A stretch of DNA of 62,639 nt, the filler included, from Asterionella formosa (taxonomy: Eukaryota): assembly GCA_002256025.1 (NCBI GenBank). It is 11 parts of 11 records of this genome, joined end to end, with 100 filler letters (N's around TTAATTAATTAA, not from the genome) between each part and the next. Parts side by side here need not be neighbours in the genome. Positions count along the whole stretch, not along the records: positions 1 to 5,609 come from NKIB01012987.1; positions 5,710 to 11,318 come from NKIB01012988.1; 9 more parts are not named here. The stretch is one strand, 5' to 3'. Of the stretch, positions 1 to 10,967 are shown one piece after another; position 1 is the stretch's first letter, and every line of letters starts with the position of its first letter. Made by a program: the position numbers and the translations under genes. The notes below the pieces were generated by a model, which saw only the letters and a list, made by a program, of their open reading frames with translations, did no database searches and had not been told where the DNA came from.

Positions 1-261
1 CACCAGCCATACCAACGAAAGTCGTCAAAATAGGATCGCCTGGTACTAGAGCAACTCTCAGTACACGACGATATTCTTTTCAAAGTCGAACGATCGAATC
101 CTAGATCCTAGTCACGTTTTAGATCAACTTCAGGAGTCGGTGCTCTTTCGATAAGAGCAATCGATTGTACAATCATTCACTCCTCTTCATCTGACCAATT
201 GTTTGCCCCACTCCTGCAGTCAGAGACAGAGGACCTGCAGGAGCTGGGAGCTCAATTTGTA

Positions 262-3181
262 ATGGAACAGCAGAGCCCCAGTACTGAAATAACAGATTCA
301 CCATCAACAAACAATTACATGAATCCCGACAATCGACGCACCCTTTATGGGTTGTTAAGAATCAAAACGGCAGCCGACAGGTTGCCTTTCGTGTTTCTTT
401 TCATCGTCACGCATGGTAAAATGGCAGTACCTGCGTTTTTGATAGGTTACATTTTCTTGTGCTGCTTGTGGTTGCCCGTCTGGGGCCTTTCCCTTGTCGT
501 TTCTGAATATGGCGTCTACGTCCTAGCTGTTGGGACTGTCTACTTCCTTGGACGCGTCATTATTCGGTGAGTTTTGATTTTCCTGCGATTGATGGAATGA
601 TGCATCGAACCAGGACATATGTTTGCTGACTCCGATTTCTATTCCAACTTATAGTTTGCTGGCTTTTCCGGGATCCTCGCACAAGGTCTCGGGAGAAATC
701 GAGAATGAATTTTCCAAATATTCAGTTCGCATGCTCGATGCTTCTTTGACATGTGTAATCGATATCTGTTCCGCTGTTATTGCCCAACACAATAAGGCCG
801 GTAATTTTGCGGGTTACGACGTTTTGTCGTTGTGGAAACGATCCAAAGCATACCAGGACCGTGTCTTAGGATTATACTATGATGTATTATCCCATTTTTA
901 TCAAGATACTATCTCAAGTTTAGGATTGCCAGCAACTGCCAAGAGTTCATCTCAAACGACAAGATACGGCAACAATAAAATGTTGGGGGATGTGGGTAAT
1001 CTTGGAAATATCACGGTGAGTCGTCGTGAGTTGAATACGTTTTGGACTTACCTTTGTTCACTCATTAATGCAACCACAGACGCAAGCACGAACCGATGGG
1101 AGATCGCTATTGATATTATTAGGAAGGATACTATTGGGACTGTACAATCTCGAGTCGCAAGCATCGGGTTTTTTGAATCAAAGTGGTGACAAGTCAGTGT
1201 CGGAAGGTGCCGCCAACACTGCCAACTCATTGCTTGGTACTGCAAAAGAATTGCGGGACATTTTACCTTCCTTCAAATCACAAACTGGCACTATTGGAGA
1301 TGGTGACGACGAAGACGAGGACATGGACGGGGAAGAGTTGACTGTTGACGCCGTCCGACGAAAGTTTGGCAAGGATGGCGGGTCAGTCTTTTCAGCTGCC
1401 AAAGGTGCCTTTTCGTCGATTCTGCCCCTGTTGGACCCTCCACTGCATCCCTCGATTTTTGGTCTGGACGTCTTGCGCGGGACAGTGTTGTCAAGGTATC
1501 GTGGAGCGGGGCAAATTTGGGTGCAGCGGCCTTCTGGGGGACGCATTGATGTTATTCACATACCTGCCATCGGTTGGGATCTGGCTCATGGCCGAAATGG
1601 CAAAGCTATCTTGTACTGCAATCCAAATGCGGGGCTATCTGAAGTTGCGACGGGTATGAGTTTGTCAGGTGGGAACATAGCTCCCGACGATGATTCTGGC
1701 AACGATATTTGTTGGACCGACTTCTACACATCAAAAGGATACGATATGTACCTATTCAACTATGCTGGATTCGGACGCTCCCAGGGAAGTGGAGTTGCCA
1801 CACAAGCAGCAAGAAATCCTGGCTGTCTCGCCTGTATCTTCCGCATTTTCTTAAGCATGTTTGTAACCTTCAAACCAACACCATCAAGTCTTCGAGCAGA
1901 TGCGACTGCTGTTGGTGCTCATTTGATCAATAGTTTAGGAGTCGACTCGCTAATTATTCACGGCGAGTCCATTGGCGGTATGGCTGCATCAGGTGCTGCC
2001 AGGACGCTGAGTCACTTGCCTGCATCCAAGGACAAGGTCAAGTTACTCATTTGCGATCGAACTTTCTGCAACCTAGAAGCTATCGCACAACGGTTAATTG
2101 GTGCCTGGACTGGTCCGGCTATCCGCTTGTTGACATTGTATGCCTGGAACACCGATGTGGCTGGAGATTATCTTGCGTCGGCCTGTCCCAAAGTCGTGGC
2201 CAACGACGCCGCCGACACTATTATTGCTGACCCAGGTTCTCTGCGGGGTGGAATTTCCATGTGGAAGGAATTAAGGCGAGAAATATCTACCAAAGGAGTA
2301 GGTTGGTCAATTGAAACACCATTGGATTATCGCATGGCCGACTTTGAAAGCAAGGGTATTCCAAGTATGCCATATCCCCAGTGGCCGGCTGACAAGCACT
2401 TGACATTGCAGGAATCCTTTCATTTCGCCGCCTGCGCTCGACGCATCGGCAAGATGGCGACTTTAGAGCGGAAGGTTCGATCCCGAAGAAATTCTCGTGA
2501 ACTGGAAAGTGGGTATGACGTTGGGGAGTCCTCCATCGCGGATGGAACCTATTTGGATGGCAGCGATGACCTTGAGTTGTCTGGTCTGGTGAAGTGTTGG
2601 AGGGCCATGTCATGCTGCGATGGATTATGCGGTGCACCATTGGGATCTTCTGTTAAACAGGGCAACGATTGGACTGTATCGTGGTTGATGGGAACAATTG
2701 TTTTTGGTGCCCAAGTAGTTGCTGGCGCTGCAGAAAGAAGAACGCCTGGGTCGACTCCTATGGTCGTCGCTCCGATCGACTTTGACTGTCGGCCGGCTGG
2801 ATTTGAACGGGAGGAAACGGGCACCATGATTCATCCCAAGCCAATCCCTGAAGTGATGGCAACTCTGAAGAGCGTCGTGGAAAGTGGCGATGAATCTGTC
2901 CTTCTCGGTAAGTCCTTTTTTATCGTCAATACTTTTCCTCCGTGTTGTTTCTAACATCGCTTCCTTTAGTACTTTCCGAGATCAAGTACTGTATTGGTAT
3001 AATGGAATACATCTTCGCCCGACTGTCCTCTGCCACGGTTGTTGAGGAGGCTTGTCGAGGACTTCGCCTTCAAGATAGGTTGGGATTATTTTTGGATCTC
3101 CATTGTGGCCACAATAATCAATATTCCGCTTCCGAAAAGGTCAAGCTAGAAGCAATTCTGCGGGAAGCGGTGGGTGTCTAG
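262..3181 (+). CDS. Membrane-anchored alpha/beta-hydrolase (ABHD-like), 4 exons: about 262-566, 655-1015, 1080-2907, 2970-3181
   Basis: GT..AG introns at 567-654, 1016-1079 and 2908-2969 join four ORFs in frame. N-terminal hydrophobic helices; motifs LYCNPNAG, FNYAGFGRS, nucleophile elbow HGESIGG, DRTF; candidate catalytic His in HCGHNN. Start codon uncertain. Confidence 0.8.
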
Positions 3182-3314
3182 GCCCTTTTAAATCATCGGT
3201 TTGACATAGTGGTTTCATATTTATTTTATGTGTGTCTTATTGTTTACGACAATGCTGTCTTTGTGGGATTGCAAAGTTCAAAAACTGCAGTGCGTAAAAC
3301 CTATGGACCTAGTT

Positions 3315-3767
3315 TTATTTAGAGTCTCCCAAAACCTCAATCATTTCCATTGTAAACACAAGCACTGAACCTCCAGGAATTGAGCCCCCAGCGCCACGAT
3401 CTCCGTACCCTAGTTCACTCGGAATATAGAGCTCCCATTTGCTTCCTTCCTTCATTAACTGCATGGCTTCAGTCCATCCCTTGATAACTTGATTTGGGGC
3501 AAAGGTAAGTGGTTCCCCTCTCTTGTAACTGGAATCGAATTCAGTTCCGTCAATGAGTTCTCCCTTGTAGTGGCATTTGGTTGGAGAGTTGATTGTAGGG
3601 GTCTTCCCAGTTCCTGCGGTGACCTCCTTGTACATGAGACCTGAGGGCAACGCGATGACTCCCTCCTCCGATCTCTTCTTAGACAACCAGGCAAGACCAT
3701 CTTCCGAAGTTCCAGCAAAGGCGGTTGCGATGAGCAAGACGAACGCGAAGATAGTCGAGCGGAACAT
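3315..3767 (-). CDS. FKBP-type peptidyl-prolyl isomerase with signal peptide (Mip/FkpA-like)
   Basis: MFRSTIFAFVLLIATAFA signal peptide; LPSGLMY, HYKGELIDGTEFDSS, VIKGWTEAMQLM and IPSELGYG FKBP motifs. Confidence 0.93.
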   Translation of the reverse strand: MFRSTIFAFVLLIATAFAGTSEDGLAWLSKKRSEEGVIALPSGLMYKEVTAGTGKTPTINSPTKCHYKGELIDGTEFDSSYKRGEPLTFAPNQVIKGWTEAMQLMKEGSKWELYIPSELGYGDRGAGGSIPGGSVLVFTMEMIEVLGDSK

Positions 3768-4000
3768 GGTGAGTCTGGGACTGGTAGTTTTGGGCTCCGT
3801 TGGTATACATAAATTAGGACCGGTATGCATACCGAATTTTATACGGGTTTGCTAATAGGATACCGGTAACTCTGGTACCTGGTGTACCTGGTACCTGGTA
3901 CCATACTTCGAGTACATGATAGTGCTACAGAACACTGCACAGGGACGCAACTCTGCCAGTTTTATATTACAGTGCGGAGACTCAGTCGCAAGTTTGTAAA

Positions 4001-5609
4001 ATGTCGTCATCGGATAATCTCCTCCAGGATTCTTCGTCCCAAGGCTGCAGCAATCGACAAGAATTCGACGATATCGAAGGGCTGATTGCTAAGGAGCAAG
4101 AGCAGATAGAAAGAGAACAAGCGCTCGAGAATGGGGAGGCATTAAAACCACCTGATGTTGCTATGATGCCCGCCGCGGGCAATAGCAATGATGAGCACCC
4201 CATGGACCATTTCGCTGGTATGCTTCGTGAAAGTCAAACAGATCTCAAGATCAAGGAAGCGTCTCTGGTTACTCCAGAACTGTTGAGCATGGCAACCCCG
4301 GGAGCTATTCGTATTCACGGCATTGACGCTCAACGAGAAACGGAGCAGGGAATTCTCGACGATGAAGAGCCTCTGAACAGATCTGCTGCGTTTGCTGACG
4401 AACCAATGATGGGCCAACCGTACATATTATGCCATCGCGAAGAAAACATAGTCAAAGCTACGTTGATTGAAGAGGATGAAGAAGCCCCAATCGGTCCCGT
4501 TGTCGTCGCTGAGGAGCAGACAGAAACAACGAAGAACCGAAGGAAGTTATTCATTGGGTTGGGCTTACTACTAATTGTGTCTGCTGTTGTCATTGGGGTT
4601 TCCGTCGCTTTAAAAGAAAGAAAAAAGGGAGGAGTGAGTTCTTCCGGTGCAGCTGATCCCACTATCGCTCCAAGCCAACTTGGCCCTTTAGCACCTTCAA
4701 GACCACCGTCTGAATTACTAACAGCCGGTGCTTTCCTCGACGTATACCGTGGCACTGTCCACGAAGCAAACGGTACCATGGGAAGTTATGATTTCCAAAC
4801 CTACCATTTGGCTGCCAAGGGAAATGGGATTTTGGAGTTTTTGAATCGACCGGATATTGCCCTCACGATTTTCGCCCCCGCGGGTCGTGCCTTTCAGAAT
4901 GATGTCATTACCACAGAATTTGTCGCCAAGTACTTGTCTGACTCGTGGGTGGGCCACTCGAGATCTATGTTTCTTAACTTTGTCGTGGTACACGATATTC
5001 CTTTGTTCTCTAGTACAATCAAGGATGGTTCTTTGTTTACTACTGAGTCAGACTCACAGATAACCATTGAGCGAACCAACACAGATTTCGCTGTCATTAC
5101 TGAAAATGTCTCTATTCCAGTGAAAGCCCCAGTACAGGTTCCTGATATTCCTGTATCTAATGGCGTCATTCATACCCTCTTTGATTTCTATTATCCACCT
5201 TGGTTCAATCGCACAATTTACGAGGTGTTGGTGGCAACGAATGCGACTCGAGGCGGTGACTTGAGTATTCTACTAAGCCTCTTGGATACCTCCTCTACTT
5301 TACGTGCGATTGTCCAGGAGCGTGGTGGAGGTCCACTCTCCCTCTTTGCACCTATAAACTCTGCATTTTCGGGACTTTCAAGTGGACTTGTTGATGCTGC
5401 TATTGCAAATGGGCTAGAAGACAACTCGACTTTGTTCATGCTAATCAAGAACCATTTCGCTTCTGCCAATTATGTCTCGAAATTTCAGGCTTGGAAAAGG
5501 ATTCCCGAAGGCACGAAGGTTGGCACTGATCAAATTGTTCTCCAATCCAAATCAAATTCTCTTTTAACAGTGACTTTTGTCAACAATGAGACTACAACCA
5601 TTAATGATA
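4001..5609 (+). CDS. Type II membrane fasciclin (FAS1) domain protein, 3'-partial
   Basis: Acidic N-terminus, RRK plus a hydrophobic TM helix, two FAS1 repeats (LTIFAP...SNGVIH; LSLFAPINSAF). Runs into the contig end. Confidence 0.82.
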
Positions 5610-5709
5610 NNNNNNNNNNNNNNNNNNNNNNNNNNNNNNNNNNNNNNNNNNNNTTAATTAATTAANNNNNNNNNNNNNNNNNNNNNNNNNNNNNNNNNNN
5701 NNNNNNNNN
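5610..5709. other. Artificial contig linker. The same linker occurs at 11319-11418, 17027-17126, 22733-22832, 28439-28538, 34142-34241, 39845-39944, 45545-45644, 51244-51343 and 56943-57042
   Basis: Identical N44-TTAATTAATTAA-N44 with stops in all six frames. Contig lengths fall from 5609 to 5597. Confidence 0.99.
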
Positions 5710-6480
5710 CCGGTAGTACATTATCTTGGTTCATCATGATGGAAGACAGGATGTACTACCGGTAGTACCGGTACCTGGTACTGATTTTACCAACCAGTAT
5801 TCAGTACATCTAATACGTCTGGTTCAAGTGTGGCTGGCGTGATTTTACAAGACCGGGATACTTAAGCGAATCTGGAGCAGGTGAGTAAATTCAATTCAAC
5901 CAATCAGAATATGTATAGTGACGTAGGAACTTACCCTGGAGTCCTTTCGGACTGAGAATTATTCAGCAAAACATACCTACGCAAGGCCCACAGTATACGA
6001 GAACATTTTGGCATGTACAAAATTCTGATTCCAATATTTTGGCGACTGTTGAAAAAGCCGATCGGGTCGACTTTTTGGAGGAGGATTTCTCTACATCTTC
6101 GGGGTTTCATAAAGAATGAAATAGATAGCCGTGTACCCTATAACGTCAGGAGTTAACCTCTGCAGAGAAGTGGCAGTTATTCCTCCTTGATTTTTTGAAA
6201 AGCTTCGTAGACCCTTTCTTTGGGATAGTTACGATTCCAAGAGGGATAACTGCCGCTTCTCTCCAGAAATGAGGTCCTTAGCATATCTGAATATTGATCA
6301 TACCCCTAAGTCGAGCAATGACTGTATCTAAGCATATGCAAAGTGGTCATATTGGTGAAAGCTAATTTTTCCTTTAACTCTTTTATTTAGTTGGCTGTAT
6401 GTACTATGTGGATTGAAGTACATCATGAAAATATTTGGAGAAAAACAGACCTCATGATGTATAACTTCGGGGCTGCAACC
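5710..6480 (+). mobile_element. 3' end of a Kolobok-like DNA transposon
   Basis: 5775-6180 is homologous to 55043-55450, which follows the Kolobok-like transposase. Ends ...GGCTGCAACC|TTAA (YY terminus plus TTAA target). Confidence 0.6.
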
Positions 6481-7811
6481 TTAATATACCAGTATTTATG
6501 GAGCATCCTGCGTTTTCTGTCTTGTCGCTTTGAACCAAACAGAATAATCCTTGTTCACCAACAAATATAAAATTATTTTCAGGTATTTAGAAAATTTCAT
6601 TTGCTGCATCGACCCACTGAGACTGAATTTTTTGTCTAGATGAATGTAAATATCTTTTGAACCAGATGTTCAATTTAACTTCCAGTACCTGGTACTGTTA
6701 CCGGTAGGAAGAGGATGCTAATGTAAAGACCGATGCCTGATGAGATCAATACCGGTACTTCTGAACAAATTTCAGAGCAAGGCCAGCTAAGTGTTAGTCG
6801 AATTAATCAAACGAATGGGATAGTAAAACTGGGGTCAACACAGTTTTTTACTGGATCCGTGTGTACCTGGTTCCTGGCTGACCTGCCATATAGCATTCAG
6901 CATGATAATCGCTCCACAACATGCATGCAAGTTGCAGCTTCGACTTTTGAAAAAGATCTCAGGACAAGGATATCGCCATCGCAAATGTCATTGGCATTGC
7001 TCGCATTGTTGTTGATTGTTGTTTCATGATGGTGACCGGTAAGAATACAATTATAGTAAATACATTAACAACTAGCTAGAATACAATAACATGCTGTCAT
7101 TTTTTCTGTAGACATAAAATATTTGGGGTGTTGTTCCAGATGTACGAATGGGGTACAAGTATCTGGGGGGATACGAGACACCAGGTTTTACGGTACCAGG
7201 TATCTCGTCGGGCAGGCATGAGACGATCCAGTGGGAGTGCGTCGAAGATCTTCCTGTCAACCTATCCGTACCGGTAAACCTGTACGTGGAACCTGGTACT
7301 CGGAATCACTGGTATCGGTACCCCTGTACCGTGTAACAGGTACCGGTACCTGGTACCAGCTACCAGCTACTCCCAGCTACCAACCAGGTGCAGGTAGGTT
7401 CCAACTGTTGCAGGACCTGGGACTGGGTACCTGGTACCAGATAGTAGACCCTTTATATCACCGTTCACCTGTACACATGTAGTATGATGCTACGTTACCT
7501 GGTACCGGTAGATGGGTCTAGCATTTTTACATGTCCGTTGACTTTGAATATACCATGTGCACGACGGAGTGCTTGCTAGTAGCACCTACTCCTAACCGGG
7601 GTATCATACTATTACAGAGACACGCGATTGTTTCCGGACATTTTGGCTCGCACGTCGATTTTTGCTGTAAATACCCGGGGGTGCCTGGTACTATGGAATT
7701 GATGAGACACACTGGATGGAGTCTTGCTGTCGTTGATCCTTTGTTGCTTGAAGTGGCCGGCCTTTGCAAACAGCTGCATTGGCTTGAACCCCCACGGTAT
7801 CTGCCACCACC

Positions 7812-10800
7812 ATGCCCGCCGAAGCAGCCGAAAGACTCAACCAAGCTCAAGCACCAGTACAAGCACAAGAACAAGGGAATTCAGCTGAAAACGTTCCCGA
7901 CCACCTTTCAACCTACACCAGCGAGTCCATTGTGAAGGAGGTATCCGATGACGATCTGTCTCCTCGCGAGAGGGCAATGAGAGAGGCCGACGAAGTGCTG
8001 TGTACGCTTGCACAGCAAGACTTGGATGGATTTAATTTACTTGGAGTCGTTGCGAATCCTAGGGGGCATTCAATTTCCCAATCGTCGGACTACAGGCGAC
8101 CATCGCCTCTATCTACATCCACGGGGCAAGACCAAAGTTCGTTTGAAGCCACAATAAGCTCGGTCACCGAACAAATTGATACAATAAACAACATTTTTGA
8201 TTCCTGGTCCCGTCAGTATCTTGGGACAAACGATGACACGTCGGGCTTGATGGAGTACCTCCCTCCGTCAGAAATCGTAGGTCAGCTGGCAGCGCTACCA
8301 GATGAGTTGACGAATTTAGATCTGGCTAGCGTTCAGGTGTACTTAGAAGAAAGTGGTTCATCAGCACATCAGTTCACGTCACGGAAAAACGAACAGCATC
8401 ATTGGCATGAGAACATTGCTCCTGATAGTGACTTGGGAGACATGGAAGCAAATGACGATGAATTCATGGCTAGAATAGAAGAGCAAATTCCTGACATTTT
8501 CTTTGAAACATACTTTGATCTTACAGACCCAAATACATTTTGCAAACTTTTGGTTGGAAAAGAACATCTCGACACCAAGGAGGAGGTGAATAATGACGAG
8601 CGAGAAAATGGAATTGATACTAATGGAATCAGCCACATGTTGGAATCGCTGCGGGCTCCGACAAGAGACATTCTTCGACTGCCGCCGCCTGACTCATTCA
8701 CTGGACATCTCGATAGAGTTGAAATTGCTTTATTACAGCAAGTGCGGTCGAAGTCAATTGCATTTTTTCACGAAACAAACCGCTTTGGTCAGCTGAAGGA
8801 ATGGATTGCAGCTCTGGTCGACGAGGTTCAGAGAGTGCGTATTCTTTTGGACGATGTTCAGACCAAGTCTGTGGTAGCGTGGGAGCTGATACCGTTGCTG
8901 GACAAGCAACGACAAGATTTGGCTGTCCTCAGCAGGACCTTGGACTCTGCCAACGAGGTCTTACGGTGCAAATCCAGTATTAGTGGCCTGTTAAGTGCGA
9001 ACGATGACTTAGGCGCAGCCGAGCAAATCCAATACGGGAGAAAAATTCTTCACAGTCAGGTTGACTCAGATCATTTGTCCAAACTTCAGGCATTAAGTTC
9101 AGTTGATGATCAACTCAACCAATACGAGTCGTTGGTTGTCGCTAATTTGGGAGAAGAGTTGGTTGAAGTCCTCCTATCATGGCATACCGCCAGCAAGGGT
9201 GCCAGGGAAAGAGCTCGAGATCTAAGTCATGGTTTAGAAATTTGCGAGGCAATGCCACGTATTGCTCGCTTGTATGGCAATCGGCTACTTGATAATGTTC
9301 GAGTGACAGTTCGAACAACCGTCGGAGAATTTTCAGAGGACCAAGCTGATGCTTCGGTCAAGGCATGTGTCACGTCTATGTCGCTAGAACGCTTCCAAGA
9401 TTGCCTAGAGATGTTATTCGAACAATTGATGGAAATGCTGAGAAGTGCCGTGGCGGTGACCGAATATTGCAAAGCAGAAGGTATAAGATTTTCTGACAAC
9501 GATGCACGGGGCACTGTCGCGTCTGCGGCAGAACTTTCGTCGAAGTCACTGTCGGAGCTCTTGCGTCTTAGAAAAGAAGCACACTCATTGGTTACTCTTG
9601 AAGAAATGAAGGGTTTTTGGGATATGTGCATAGCGTTTACTTTACAACTCGAAAAGCTGAGCGATTTCAAGGCAACTGGTCTTCGAAGTACGTTGTTAGC
9701 CCAAGCGAAAGCATTTATAGAGAGGCAGCACGAAAGCAACATGTCTGCTTTGGTCGCTGCCCTGGATTCAGAGCGATGGATACAGTGTGACGTTTCAGCA
9801 GAAAGACAAGCAGCCCTTACGAGACTTTGCTCTGGTCGGGCGGTTACAAGCACTAGGATTAAGATTGACGAGAGTAAAATGGAAGAAAAAATGCCTGAGG
9901 CGGAGGTGGAAGGAGTTCGATGCAAGGTCGTTTGGTCCTGCCTGCTTTTGGTAGAAATGTTGATGAACAATATTACTTGCGCCGCCCATTTCCAGTCGCT
10001 TGCAACAAACGTTGTGGCAAAAGTTGCGGAATTGTTACGATTGTTCAACTCGCGCTCTACCCAGTTGGTTCTTGGCGCTGGAGCAATTCATTCAGCTGCT
10101 CGGCTCAAATCGATCAACGCGAAGCATCTTTCTCTTGTTACACAATGCCTGGGAATGATTATTTCCATTCTCCCTCATATTCGAGCAGCATTGATGGCTC
10201 AGTTACCGACAAAGCATCACGGACTCTTGAACGATCTTGATGCAATCAAGAAGGAGTATAAAGAACACAACGAAAAGGTGTTGAATAAGTTTGTGACGAT
10301 AATTGGCGGCATTGTAGAGCACGGCTTGGCTCCAAGAATTGGCGGCACTGATTTCGATTCTCGGTCTCGGTCAAACTCCGACCGTAGCAATTTTGACTCG
10401 GCTACGTGCTGTGTGTTTCTAGATGGAGTCTCAATGAACACAAAGAAAATGCATCAAGTTTTGAGCCAACTCTTACCTCCAGATCATTTGCAAGATGTAT
10501 TCTCGAGAATTTTTGCATATGTTGACCAAAAGGTGCCCGACCTGTTTCTCGCCACATCTGCTACCGGAAAGTTCAATTTTCCAACAACCGACGAAGGGAA
10601 GCGGCAGATGCTTTTAGAAATTGAAGCTATGACTGCAGCCTTGAATGGCTTGCCGGGTGTTCGGCCTTGGGAATTCACCGCTATTGATGTCTTGGAGCGT
10701 AAGCTTGATTACGCACTTCGATCAAGCCAGAAATGTGATGAAAAGGCAGGAGGACAAGTGAACGACGACACTATATCTCAGAGGGACGGAAGTCCTGTGC

Positions 10801-10967
10801 AATCATCGTTGCCTCATTCAGATGACGGCGCGTTTCCAGAAACGACCGGACGCATGGTGGATGAAGTGTCTTGGACATCTGACTCGAAAGAGCTGGAACC
10901 GGCTGCAGGTGTCGAGCTTATCAAACAAGCCGATGGTGGAGAGGAAATAAACGGAGAAGCTCTGTAA
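7812..10967 (+). CDS. VPS54: GARP complex subunit Vps54
   Basis: Intronless 1051-aa ORF with HLDRVEIALLQQV coiled coil, LDSERWIQCDV, and LLRLFNSRSTQLVLGAGA...LKSINAKHLSLVTQCL Vps54 signature. Confidence 0.9.
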   Translation: MPAEAAERLNQAQAPVQAQEQGNSAENVPDHLSTYTSESIVKEVSDDDLSPRERAMREADEVLCTLAQQDLDGFNLLGVVANPRGHSISQSSDYRRPSPLSTSTGQDQSSFEATISSVTEQIDTINNIFDSWSRQYLGTNDDTSGLMEYLPPSEIVGQLAALPDELTNLDLASVQVYLEESGSSAHQFTSRKNEQHHWHENIAPDSDLGDMEANDDEFMARIEEQIPDIFFETYFDLTDPNTFCKLLVGKEHLDTKEEVNNDERENGIDTNGISHMLESLRAPTRDILRLPPPDSFTGHLDRVEIALLQQVRSKSIAFFHETNRFGQLKEWIAALVDEVQRVRILLDDVQTKSVVAWELIPLLDKQRQDLAVLSRTLDSANEVLRCKSSISGLLSANDDLGAAEQIQYGRKILHSQVDSDHLSKLQALSSVDDQLNQYESLVVANLGEELVEVLLSWHTASKGARERARDLSHGLEICEAMPRIARLYGNRLLDNVRVTVRTTVGEFSEDQADASVKACVTSMSLERFQDCLEMLFEQLMEMLRSAVAVTEYCKAEGIRFSDNDARGTVASAAELSSKSLSELLRLRKEAHSLVTLEEMKGFWDMCIAFTLQLEKLSDFKATGLRSTLLAQAKAFIERQHESNMSALVAALDSERWIQCDVSAERQAALTRLCSGRAVTSTRIKIDESKMEEKMPEAEVEGVRCKVVWSCLLLVEMLMNNITCAAHFQSLATNVVAKVAELLRLFNSRSTQLVLGAGAIHSAARLKSINAKHLSLVTQCLGMIISILPHIRAALMAQLPTKHHGLLNDLDAIKKEYKEHNEKVLNKFVTIIGGIVEHGLAPRIGGTDFDSRSRSNSDRSNFDSATCCVFLDGVSMNTKKMHQVLSQLLPPDHLQDVFSRIFAYVDQKVPDLFLATSATGKFNFPTTDEGKRQMLLEIEAMTAALNGLPGVRPWEFTAIDVLERKLDYALRSSQKCDEKAGGQVNDDTISQRDGSPVQSSLPHSDDGAFPETTGRMVDEVSWTSDSKELEPAAGVELIKQADGGEEINGEAL

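Noticed and set aside
3700..3767. Plastid ASAFAP-type targeting in the FKBP (ATA-FAG)
   Set aside because: No basic, S/T-rich transit peptide follows; better read as a plain signal peptide.
5654..5665. Recurrent TTAATTAATTAA every 5.7 kb or so
   Set aside because: Artificial scaffolding linker. ORFs ending in XXXLIN and any gene neighbourhood across linkers are artefacts.
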